Source: a virus (taxonomy: Duplodnaviria; Caudoviricetes). From it: DNA of 64,000 bases. The translations under genes and the position numbers were made by a program. Each line of letters begins with the position of its first letter. Positions within the stretch are counted from its first letter, which is position 1. Location of the stretch: positions 160,001-224,000 of IMG/VR virus record IMGVR_UViG_3300042013_000067; one strand, written 5' to 3'. Below are positions 55,238 to 63,885 of this stretch, piece by piece. Under the pieces are notes generated by a model that was given only the letters and a program-made list of their open reading frames with translations, was not told the origin of the DNA and did not search any database.

Positions 55238-55909
55238 ATGTCCAACGTCATTTCACTGGATAAGTTCCTGGCTGACCGGAGCGATAAGAACTGCGGTGAG
55301 TTCCGGGCATGGCTTCAGAAGTTCGCGGTTAGTATGGCCAATGCTGCACGTGAGCCTTACTGTCGTTATCCGTTGGCGTTCCAAGCGATCTGTGCCGGTT
55401 GGCACATGTTCAGCAACATGGATGACCTGACGGATTGGTGGTTGCCGGCTTGTGTCCCGACGTTCGCTACAGAACCTGAACTCTGTATCACGTTCTTGAA
55501 CGGACGTTCGCCTATGGTCGGTAAGGAGTATGCCACACTGGGCACGATCACCTTCGGCCCACGTCAAGGCCTGGTTAGTGATGTCAACTATCGGGTGGTG
55601 TTTGAAGATGCCATCCGGGAACACAAGCCCGGTACTATGAACCTGTACTTGCCCTTTGCATTCATCATCGCTTTTGCTCATCGAGACATGGGTTTTCAAT
55701 ACACGTCACATGAGGTCGTGGATGACGTAGCCACGCTGGTAATCCAGAACCTCACTGAACGCATGACCATTACTTTCCACATCGAACAAACACGTCTGGC
55801 ACTGGCTGAACTCAAAGCCGTGGTGGAACGTGCTGAACGGGTCAAGGGTGTCCCCTCTGAACACGACTGGACCGTATTCGAAGATCAACGACTTCCTCCT
55901 AAGGAGTGA
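55238..55909 (+). CDS. Hypothetical protein
   Basis: GGAG RBS; start reassigned to 55238. Confidence 0.75.
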   Translation: MSNVISLDKFLADRSDKNCGEFRAWLQKFAVSMANAAREPYCRYPLAFQAICAGWHMFSNMDDLTDWWLPACVPTFATEPELCITFLNGRSPMVGKEYATLGTITFGPRQGLVSDVNYRVVFEDAIREHKPGTMNLYLPFAFIIAFAHRDMGFQYTSHEVVDDVATLVIQNLTERMTITFHIEQTRLALAELKAVVERAERVKGVPSEHDWTVFEDQRLPPKE

Positions 55910-55976
55910 GGTCTAACGCCGAAAGGCACAGCGTCACCAACCATCGGCGGTGACATTAAAGTAAGGAGCCCACACT

Positions 55977-56606
55977 GTGGCTGATCAATACCTGCACCAC
56001 GCACCACAAATTCTGGCCATCCTGACACGTCAGGCTTGTGCCAAACAACCAATCACCTATGGCGACATTGCTGAGGAGATTGGTATTGCCCGTAAGGGTA
56101 ACCACATGGTCAACGTAATGAACTCGGCGTTGTCGCGTTTGTTCTTCTGGTGTGCGCACAATAACCTGCCACACCTGACCTCACTGGCGGTCCGTACGAC
56201 TGAACGTGTTCCCGGTGTAGGGTTCTGGGACTTACTCGGACAACGTGGTTTGTCGTTGACTGACCAACGGGCATTCCTGCAGGTGATCCATCAGGAGGTC
56301 TATCGCTATTATGAGCCAGTGTCGCAGATCGGGCCAGCGGCTATTCTGCCGTTTGTCGACTCGGTTAACTACGAGTTCGGTAAGGCCCATGGTGTTAACT
56401 TCTGCGAATGTCGTGTGGCATTCCCAGGTGGTAGCGCTGCACGGCGTCTGGTCTACGTTACGGGAGATCGTAATAAGGCTATGGTCGATGCCTTGGAAGA
56501 AACCATGGAGTTTGTGGTTAAGTCGATTAGCCACAGTACAGCTACTACGCTGGAAGCAGCTAGTTTCAACACACTACGTACTCTGGTAATGGGAGAGGCG
56601 GCATGA
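55977..56606 (+). CDS. Protein with an N-terminal winged-HTH-like domain
   Basis: PITYGDIAEEIG...ALSRL...CAHNNLPHLTSLAVR...VPGVGFW; AAGGAG RBS, GTG start. Confidence 0.6.
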   Translation: MADQYLHHAPQILAILTRQACAKQPITYGDIAEEIGIARKGNHMVNVMNSALSRLFFWCAHNNLPHLTSLAVRTTERVPGVGFWDLLGQRGLSLTDQRAFLQVIHQEVYRYYEPVSQIGPAAILPFVDSVNYEFGKAHGVNFCECRVAFPGGSAARRLVYVTGDRNKAMVDALEETMEFVVKSISHSTATTLEAASFNTLRTLVMGEAA

Positions 56607-57253
56607 ACGATCAATACTACGTTTACCAGCTTGTCTGTACCAGTAAGTCCTACATAGACTCCATTACGCCCCGGTCTGTTTTGGTGAGTGGGTTCGCTGG
56701 TTTTGATAATACCGATGTTCATTTCATGGCTAGTGGCTTCTACAGCCTGTCTAAAGATCCAGTTCATGTTCTGGAAGATGCGATCCAGCATCTCATCGAA
56801 CGGCGGCGTGAGTTCCAACTCGATATGCTTGAGCTCGATGATCTCGGTATGGGTGCTGGTGAAGGCATGGAGAGTGTGGAGTACGTCATGCCGGATGGCG
56901 TGGTGCAGGAAGAAGCAGCCAACCTCACTCAGGTTAGCATGCTACTGCAAGACGCTGCACACAATCACCTCGAAATGGTACAGGGTATTCATCTAACCGT
57001 CACTGAAGCCGTGAGCTTTAAAGACAGTCTAAGCATCGACAAAGCGAAGCGCTTCCTCAATGCCCCTGATGAGTTCATTGGTATTTTTAGCATTCCTGAC
57101 ACTCATGCACTCGCCATGCAAACCCGGCAGCAACTGCGCGATCTGAAGGAATTCGTCAAGTATCGTCTACTTGGCCGTGTGGAATTTCAGGAACAGCTGG
57201 ATAAGCTGGTGTACGATCTCGAACAACGTTTCCCTGCTGAAACTTATATTTAA
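56603..57253 (+). CDS. Hypothetical protein
   Basis: ATGA overlap; 216 aa. Confidence 0.75.
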   Translation: MNDQYYVYQLVCTSKSYIDSITPRSVLVSGFAGFDNTDVHFMASGFYSLSKDPVHVLEDAIQHLIERRREFQLDMLELDDLGMGAGEGMESVEYVMPDGVVQEEAANLTQVSMLLQDAAHNHLEMVQGIHLTVTEAVSFKDSLSIDKAKRFLNAPDEFIGIFSIPDTHALAMQTRQQLRDLKEFVKYRLLGRVEFQEQLDKLVYDLEQRFPAETYI

Positions 57254-57292
57254 CGGCATATGGTCCACGGGGTTTCCCGTGGACCTTTATGG
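57251..57292 (+). terminator. Boundary hairpin element
   Basis: TAA-CGGCATA-TGGTCCACGGG-GTTT-CCCGTGGACC-TTTATGG. Confidence 0.75.
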
Positions 57293-57302
57293 AGATATTG
57301 AC

Positions 57303-57845
57303 ATGTCCGCATCACGTGAGTTTCAACACGATCTGGGTATGTGGGATCGCTGGCTTGGGTGGTTGAGAAAGCACCCGTTGTATGACCCTGACCTGACGGC
57401 TAAGGCCATAGCGCTTTATGCCTACTACTACTGTGACCATGCCGGGCATACGACGTTATCGGCGGATGACTATGCCGCAGCCATCGAAGCGATCATACCC
57501 AATTCCTCGGTGAACTTTAATGCATTACTCAACCAAGGTGAATGGGAACGTTGGGTAGCGACATGGGCTGGTCTGCACATCAAGCACGCCATCGATAGAC
57601 CGCGTGGATGCAATCGGCTACTGGCACTGATTGAGCATCGGTACATCGAACCGATCACTCCTAAGGAACTGGTTAAGGCCCTGATGGGTGGTTGTGCTGT
57701 TTATGATGAGTTGGTTGATACCAGCTCGACTATCGAATTGTCCCAGGACATGAGCGACGCGACTATGCGTGGCATTATAGTTGACCATCCACAAGCAGAT
57801 ATGTCATGGGAGGAATTGTACGATGCGGCAAAGACTGGAAATTGA
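57303..57845 (+). CDS. Hypothetical protein
   Basis: GGAG RBS; start reassigned. Confidence 0.7.
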   Translation: MSASREFQHDLGMWDRWLGWLRKHPLYDPDLTAKAIALYAYYYCDHAGHTTLSADDYAAAIEAIIPNSSVNFNALLNQGEWERWVATWAGLHIKHAIDRPRGCNRLLALIEHRYIEPITPKELVKALMGGCAVYDELVDTSSTIELSQDMSDATMRGIIVDHPQADMSWEELYDAAKTGN

Positions 57846-58470
57846 TCTATTGTTAGGGTTGGATACGCTGAAGCAAAATCCGGGTATTTCGGTATTCTTC
57901 CAAGTGGCACAAGAGTTTGGCCGCAAAGTCGAGCTTTTGGAAGGTTATCTTCAGGAGTTTATATACCGGGCTCCTGATGCACTGATTAGCCCTGGTAACA
58001 ATTATGGCCATATGTCCGGTGGTCTGGACTTGGCTGTGCAGGACATGTCCGGCGGTTGGGCTGAAGCTGCGATCCAACGCGAGATCGGTCGTAAGTACCT
58101 GAATGAACTCAGCGTTGGTCAAGCCCTGCTCGTTAGCAACCCGGTCGGTCGGGTTAAACATGTGATCTATGCTCCGACCATGCGCGCACCAAAGAAACTT
58201 GAATGGGGAAACGATGTCCCGTACCGAGCGACACTGGCCGCATTGCAACAAATTCACCAGTACAACACAGCTAACCCGGCGTCACCGATCATCCGAGTGG
58301 TGACGCCGATGATGGGTGTGGGTACGGGTGAGATCCCAGCTGTCACTGCATTAACGCAACAAGCGCTGGCTCTGCATCGCTACAGCTATGAAGAGCCAGT
58401 GGATCATCTGTTTCGTGATGGCGCCGCTAATGACGAACTCATTAGCAACACGTGGCCGAAACGGTTCTAA
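57823..58470 (+). CDS. Macrodomain (ADP-ribose hydrolase / Appr-1''-p processing)
   Basis: DALISPGNNYGHMSGGLDLAV...VGQALLV...VIYAPTMRAP...VVTPMMGVGTG. Confidence 0.9.
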   Translation: MRQRLEIDLLLGLDTLKQNPGISVFFQVAQEFGRKVELLEGYLQEFIYRAPDALISPGNNYGHMSGGLDLAVQDMSGGWAEAAIQREIGRKYLNELSVGQALLVSNPVGRVKHVIYAPTMRAPKKLEWGNDVPYRATLAALQQIHQYNTANPASPIIRVVTPMMGVGTGEIPAVTALTQQALALHRYSYEEPVDHLFRDGAANDELISNTWPKRF

Positions 58471-58501
58471 CCGACATAAGGCAGGGGCTAACCCCTGCCT
58501 G
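58468..58501 (+). terminator. Boundary hairpin element
   Basis: TAA-CCGACATAA-GGCAGGGG-CTAA-CCCCTGCC. Confidence 0.7.
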
Positions 58502-58526
58502 TACTTAATCGAAGTAACTAGAGGTC

Positions 58527-58534
58527 TATATTAC
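58527..58534 (+). promoter_or_regulatory. Early promoter core TATATTAC
   Basis: Exact phiKZ consensus, intergenic. Confidence 0.7.
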
Positions 58535-58575
58535 CCACCTGATGTAAACCGCTGTAACCTAACCAGGAGTTAATC

Positions 58576-59259
58576 ATGAACCGCATAAAAGCTTTGCTAT
58601 GCATCGCGGGTACGTTGTTTGGTGTTTCGGCTTTTGCTGATGTTGCCTTCTACGAGCGACCGCCTTTCATGGCGGAGTCTATGCCGCGTAAGATCGATTG
58701 TGTATTGCAGTCTAGCCACTATGGCCAGTGTCTGGGTGGTTATACTGCGCCGTCCAGCATGCATGTAAAAATAGCTAACCCTGATGGTAGCGACGTTCAC
58801 GTCACGACGATCAACCCGTTAGTTACAGTGGATTGCCAGCAAGGGATCTGCAGCGAAACCACCAGCCATCGGCCTGTGGGTGATTTGAAGATGGTGCATC
58901 TGCCACCTGAATACATCATCCGTTGGACTATGGTCGATGGTTACTACTTGTATCACGACGACAGTGGTGTCGCGGCTTATAAGCGCGGCTTTGGCCCATT
59001 GGCTGATAAATACCCACCGTATCAAATCATCACTGAGCCTGTACAGCGGATGCAAACGCTGACCGATACAACAGGCACTTATGATGTTGTATGCTTACCT
59101 GCTTCTGATACCTGTACGTATAAAGGTAAGGTTGTAGATCGGGCTGCACTAAGCCAGTTAATTCCCAAGAAGCGGAGTGACTGGTGTGACCAAGAGTTCT
59201 GCTACGCCAATAAATTCGGGGAAGGCGTAGTGGGTCTAAACCCAGACGGGTTATTGTAA
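58576..59259 (+). CDS. Secreted Cys-rich protein
   Basis: AGGAG RBS; signal peptide ...FGVSAFA; multiple Cys pairs. Confidence 0.8.
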   Translation: MNRIKALLCIAGTLFGVSAFADVAFYERPPFMAESMPRKIDCVLQSSHYGQCLGGYTAPSSMHVKIANPDGSDVHVTTINPLVTVDCQQGICSETTSHRPVGDLKMVHLPPEYIIRWTMVDGYYLYHDDSGVAAYKRGFGPLADKYPPYQIITEPVQRMQTLTDTTGTYDVVCLPASDTCTYKGKVVDRAALSQLIPKKRSDWCDQEFCYANKFGEGVVGLNPDGLL

Positions 59260-59297
59260 TCGACTTGAGGGCGATCCCTCTACCTTTTGAGGTACAA

Positions 59298-59594
59298 ATG
59301 GAAGCACTCGGCATTTTACTCTGCATCTACTTTTACTACCGTTGCTATAAGGTAGCTTCTCATCTACTTGGGCCATTAGGCGATTCTAATATTCAAATGT
59401 TGCACAATCGCTTTTTTACAGCAAAGAATGCCGCGACCACGATTGTGGTGGACGGTTTGTTGCGTGGACTAGCGATTAGTGCATCCCCAATCTTCGGGGT
59501 TCCTGAACTTACTGTGGTCTTGATCTTTCATACGTGCATCACCGCAGCCGGTATAACCACGGCTGTACAGCGTAGTATCCAAGGGCGTCTGTAA
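59298..59594 (+). CDS. Small membrane protein
   Basis: GAGGT RBS; 2-3 hydrophobic segments. Confidence 0.6.
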   Translation: MEALGILLCIYFYYRCYKVASHLLGPLGDSNIQMLHNRFFTAKNAATTIVVDGLLRGLAISASPIFGVPELTVVLIFHTCITAAGITTAVQRSIQGRL

Positions 59595-59959
59595 AGAATT
59601 ACAGCTCCTGTAGATGGTTTGCGTTGATGGCATGTCGCTCTCACCGTAGACAAGGATGCTACCGATGCTTAGCTCGATGCTTTTGCTTCTTGCTTTGTCG
59701 GTGCAGCACTCCAATGAACAACCCCGGTACTATAGCAAGACACACCTGCATACGGACGATTCGCACTGGGTGGTACCCCGTGCCTATCCATCTACGCCGC
59801 CGCGCTCCTATCGCCCGCCTCATCAACGGGCGCGACCTTGGCCGCGTTTGTCCGTGATTGCCTGTACTTGCACCGGCTTCCTTCGCCCATCTGGGTTACT
59901 GGCACACGGCAAGGGTCCGTGTAAGCTAGAACTCCCTGATCGGCATACGAGGAGGCACT

Positions 59960-60163
59960 ATGTACTCCATTGGGTATCTGTTGCATTGGGCGCTGTCCGA
60001 TAGCTGCTTTACTGCTCTCCGGCTAGCTATGCGGTTGAGCCGTAGTTTAATCTTGACGAGACCGCTGTTCCATCGCGCTGCAAACCCCGTCGCAGGGAAA
60101 GATAATCTTAATGTATCCCAGGTAACCCATAAACCTCTATCCGTGCACTTGGCTAAGGTCTAG
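59960..60163 (+). CDS. Small hypothetical protein
   Basis: GAGGAGG RBS. Confidence 0.45.
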   Translation: MYSIGYLLHWALSDSCFTALRLAMRLSRSLILTRPLFHRAANPVAGKDNLNVSQVTHKPLSVHLAKV

Positions 60164-60212
60164 GTCAGCACCCATAGAGACGACTGGGAAAGTTAAGCTT
60201 TCCATTGCGACT

Positions 60213-60258
60213 GTAAAGAGCCCCGCGCTGGGGCTCTTTATGCCCCTTTTATGCCGTC
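60213..60258 (+). terminator. Boundary hairpin with a duplicated TTTATGCC tail
   Basis: TAAAGAGCCCC-GCGCT-GGGGCTCTTTA-TGCC-CCTTTTATGCCGTC. Confidence 0.7.
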
Positions 60259-60281
60259 TCGCTTATTAGGAGTGAGCTTTT

Positions 60282-61148
60282 ATGCCACCTCGTCTTAAAG
60301 AAATGTACACTCGCTTTACGAGCTTCTTTGAACAGGAGCTGCTTAATCGCGTACGCAATAATCCACTTCAAACACCGTCCACCGATCTGGGTAATGATAC
60401 CGTGCAGCCTGCCGACCTTTTGCTCAGCCACACCCAAGCTCATTTCCCGGCATACGAACCTACGCCGGAAGATGAACACATCCTCAGCCAACTGGCTGAT
60501 AACCAATCGAATGACCCTATCCATGTGTTAGCGCGCAAGATTGACTCGTTCGACAAGTACTACACCTACTCCGATACCGCCAGTACACTCGCAGACGGCG
60601 ATCGGTTGTCCAAGGAACTCACCGAGGGCATCGCCGCAGTTGAAGATGCACGCGTGCGTGGGATTCTGGGTCGGTCGATGTGGGCCGATGTGCGCAGTGA
60701 GTTGTTAGTCGAGTTCCCATGGTTGGAAACACGCTTTCGCAGTACCGCGTACACCCGACTGATTGCTGAAGGCGTTCCTCCAGAGAATGCCAAAGTATGG
60801 GTCGGTACAATCAATGGACTACGCGACCTGATGGCCCGCGTCTATATCGCCGCTAACGCTACTGGTCAGCTGTTGGTGTGGGCCAATGATTACGAACGGG
60901 CACGCTACTATGACCGTTTCCGTAAGAACGATCTGTTCTGCGGTGTAGCTCTACCGCCAGCGCTGTATGTGGAGGTCGACGCATTGGCTGATATGATCGA
61001 CAGCCGTGGCTTCCGCCAAGCACTGGCTTTGGGTAAATCTGAATACAGTGTCGTTCGCCAAGTTTTGGAGAATGGCGACTGGATGTACACCGTACATCGA
61101 TTCGATAACCCGATGCTGAGTTTCTTCTTCGCAGCTAAGCCGGCTTAA
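60282..61148 (+). CDS. Hypothetical protein
   Basis: AGGAG RBS; 288 aa. Confidence 0.8.
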   Translation: MPPRLKEMYTRFTSFFEQELLNRVRNNPLQTPSTDLGNDTVQPADLLLSHTQAHFPAYEPTPEDEHILSQLADNQSNDPIHVLARKIDSFDKYYTYSDTASTLADGDRLSKELTEGIAAVEDARVRGILGRSMWADVRSELLVEFPWLETRFRSTAYTRLIAEGVPPENAKVWVGTINGLRDLMARVYIAANATGQLLVWANDYERARYYDRFRKNDLFCGVALPPALYVEVDALADMIDSRGFRQALALGKSEYSVVRQVLENGDWMYTVHRFDNPMLSFFFAAKPA

Positions 61149-61199
61149 ACCCGGCCTTACCTATCCTCAACGCACTACCCAACCAAAGGAAACTTCACT

Positions 61200-61766
61200 A
61201 TGTCAGATTCTAACGAAACCTTCGGCGCCAATGCTACAGCAGTACCATGCAATCCACTCGGCGCGTACAAGCTGGGTGACCATGAAGGCGATAGGGCGCA
61301 AAAGGACATCGTACCGTTCCAACTGACTATCATCGACCTGCATGAGTTGGTCACCGGTAGTATCGCTGATAAACGTCGCTTGGCTATCGCACCAGAACGC
61401 ATGGGTCGTGCTCTGATGGCATATAACCGTGCGATCGGTGAAGCGATTCTGGAAACCAAGACTTACACCGTGCTGATGATGACGGTTACGTTGGATCAGG
61501 CCAAAGAGGTCGAAAATCTGGTCTTCCAACAACCGACACTGGGTATGTCTATGGGTATGCCCCCAGGGCGTGCCGGTGGTTACATTGGTGCACAGCAATT
61601 GCAGTTCGCCGTGTTCTCTGACCTGACCCAACCTGGTGTTCATATCAGCCTGCATCCGTACGTGTGTCAAGGTTTGGGTGGTGTGGGTGAAGGCGCAATG
61701 ATTAACATCGCCCTAGGTCTGCTGTTAGGTGAAGACCAGAACATCGGTCTTGGCTTCGGTAAGTAA
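61200..61766 (+). CDS. Hypothetical protein
   Basis: AAGGA RBS; 188 aa. Confidence 0.8.
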   Translation: MSDSNETFGANATAVPCNPLGAYKLGDHEGDRAQKDIVPFQLTIIDLHELVTGSIADKRRLAIAPERMGRALMAYNRAIGEAILETKTYTVLMMTVTLDQAKEVENLVFQQPTLGMSMGMPPGRAGGYIGAQQLQFAVFSDLTQPGVHISLHPYVCQGLGGVGEGAMINIALGLLLGEDQNIGLGFGK

Positions 61767-62002
61767 TCATTAAGGTGCGGGGTAGCTTCGGCTGCCCTGC
61801 ATCTTTTCTTTTTTGCCGTCTGCAAGGTTCTACTGGGGTGCCCCTTATACAGACAGAAAGCAGTAGCTTCGCATACACCCAAGTACCTTACCGGTACCTG
61901 TCTATGCCCTCTCAGTTACTGCCTATGGACTCTTACACCTCGGGTACGCCCAATGTACCCTTTAGCTACTAATGGCGCCCTAGCGCCTTATAGGAGGCTT
62001 CA

Positions 62003-62302
62003 ATGAACAGTAAACTACCATTGACTTCTGTTGAAGAACTAGAAGAAGTAATGGAGCTGATTGGAGACACGTTCTATACCTGCCTTTCCTTTAATCGGGA
62101 TAAGGCTGTCAGTACTGCCACTCAAGAAGGGATGTCTGAAGAACGAGCTCGGTTGATCAAGGATTCAGTTAACGCGGGTGTGCGTGCCACACTGTCTACC
62201 ATTGAAGAACTCAATGGAGAGATTCGGTTTAAGACCCGTGGTGTCACCGCTATCTTAGCGGGTGATCTTGTCCGTGGTATGTTCGATGAAATCAATAATT
62301 GA
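62003..62302 (+). CDS. FDxIN-family protein (standalone)
   Basis: AGGAGG RBS; VNAGVRATLSTIE...ILAGDLVRGMFDEINN*. Confidence 0.75.
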   Translation: MNSKLPLTSVEELEEVMELIGDTFYTCLSFNRDKAVSTATQEGMSEERARLIKDSVNAGVRATLSTIEELNGEIRFKTRGVTAILAGDLVRGMFDEINN

Positions 62303-62640
62303 AAATAAATACATTCTCGTTTTATAAAGAGGGGGAACCTAGCCTTTAGGCGACGGAGGGGGTGTTATATGACGTGTGAAGGATTTGCTAAAATCCTGAA
62401 CATGCTTTGCCTTTATGCTTTAAGGTGAGGAGGGGTTGGGGACCCTCCTCACACACCGTGCAAATAGAAAAGGCTGAAAGCCTTTTTGTTAAACAAAGGG
62501 ATTGGGTAGGGCACCCAATCCCATCCTTTCTGCTTTTATAGCAATGGCTAAAAACCATGGACGGCAGAAGAGAGACCCCTAAGGTCTCTCCGTATATGCT
62601 GCTTTTTAGTCGTCTCCAGTAGATTACAGAACTACATCAT
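62303..62640. other. Intergenic hairpin cluster
   Basis: Five perfect 7-10 bp stems within ~210 nt. Confidence 0.6.
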
Positions 62641-62669
62641 GCGATTGATCTAACCCAACCTTTAAGGAT

Positions 62670-63554
62670 ATGAAAATGCAAAAAGTACTGGTCACTTCTG
62701 AAGATCTTCGTTTTGCACTCCAACAAGTCCGGGATCGCGATGTCACATTCGCTGCGGTACTGGCTGGCATGCTGAATAACTGGTTGCAACATAGTCCAAT
62801 ACAGCTGGAACATCGTAGTCGTCATAACGACCTAGGGTATACCTACAACATCGCGCGATTTGATATCGCCGAAGAAAAACTGGATGAGTTCACACGTCGA
62901 GCAGCACATATCCAGTTGGTTCCTGTGATCGATGAACCCACGCTGCATTTCGAAACCCATCCGGTCGGGCCGCGCTATGTCACTGGCCAATACGGCATAG
63001 CCATGACCCTTACCAACTTGGGTTATAAAGCACCCCCTCCTGCTGAACCGAAAGCAGGCGAAGGGCAGACTCGACCGGCAGGTGGGTTGGGTTACGGCGC
63101 GTGGGAAGATATCCGCTTCGGTGATGCTGACTTCGCTGTGCTGGTGCAGCATCAGATTACCCTGATGGAAGCTTGGGGTGCTGTTTTCAAAGGGGCCATC
63201 AAAACGACCAAGCACATCAGCCCCGGTCAGTTGGTGGTATGGGGCGAAGAAACACAATCGCAGCGCTTTCCCAATATCCCAATGTTCCAAGTGGTGGCTC
63301 AAGTACAGCCCTTTATCCACAACGATAGTCTGGTGGATACGATCATTCAACCACAGGGTACTGGTCGGGGGTTTGGTCCATCCAAGGAAGTCTATGCGCA
63401 TAGTACTGACTTGCTGTCCTTGGAAGAATACCAGGTACTACTACTGCGCGGGCCTAATCGACACAGTAGTTTCGGTGGGGATGGTATTAAACCTTCGGAC
63501 TTCATCGTCGAGGCACTGAATGGTATCCCTGAGGCACTGCTCAAACGTTGCTAA
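62670..63554 (+). CDS. Hypothetical protein
   Basis: AAGGA RBS; 294 aa. Confidence 0.8.
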   Translation: MKMQKVLVTSEDLRFALQQVRDRDVTFAAVLAGMLNNWLQHSPIQLEHRSRHNDLGYTYNIARFDIAEEKLDEFTRRAAHIQLVPVIDEPTLHFETHPVGPRYVTGQYGIAMTLTNLGYKAPPPAEPKAGEGQTRPAGGLGYGAWEDIRFGDADFAVLVQHQITLMEAWGAVFKGAIKTTKHISPGQLVVWGEETQSQRFPNIPMFQVVAQVQPFIHNDSLVDTIIQPQGTGRGFGPSKEVYAHSTDLLSLEEYQVLLLRGPNRHSSFGGDGIKPSDFIVEALNGIPEALLKRC

Positions 63555-63564
63555 GGAGTGTGTT

Positions 63565-63885
63565 ATGCCAGTTATGACTAAAGCCGACTATGATGTTGCA
63601 AAGGTAGTCGACGTAGATCGGTTGGAGTATGTTTGGCTTTTAGTCAATCATCACCTCCAGAAGGCCATCCAAAGACTCACCAAACCCGCAGTACCTGGGT
63701 GTTTTGCGATCTTCGTTAAGGGCGAGTTCAGTCGTGAAGAAAGGGAGCTGATCTGCGAACAGCTTAAAGAAGCGGGTTGGTCTAATCCCCAAGCGGAGCA
63801 GCTCAACCCGTATGAGCTGCGGATCGACTTCGAGGTCGAGAAGAACATAATGACCTTCTTTGACAAACAAAAACCAGGGAGTTGA
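63565..63885 (+). CDS. Hypothetical protein
   Basis: AAGGAG RBS; start reassigned to 63565. Confidence 0.7.
   Translation: MPVMTKADYDVAKVVDVDRLEYVWLLVNHHLQKAIQRLTKPAVPGCFAIFVKGEFSREERELICEQLKEAGWSNPQAEQLNPYELRIDFEVEKNIMTFFDKQKPGS

Noticed and set aside
59624-60003. ORFs 59624..59857 and 59656..60003
   Set aside because: Arg/Pro/Cys-rich, atypical composition and overlapping each other; not supportable as genes, though 59665..60003 has an AAGGA RBS and may be real
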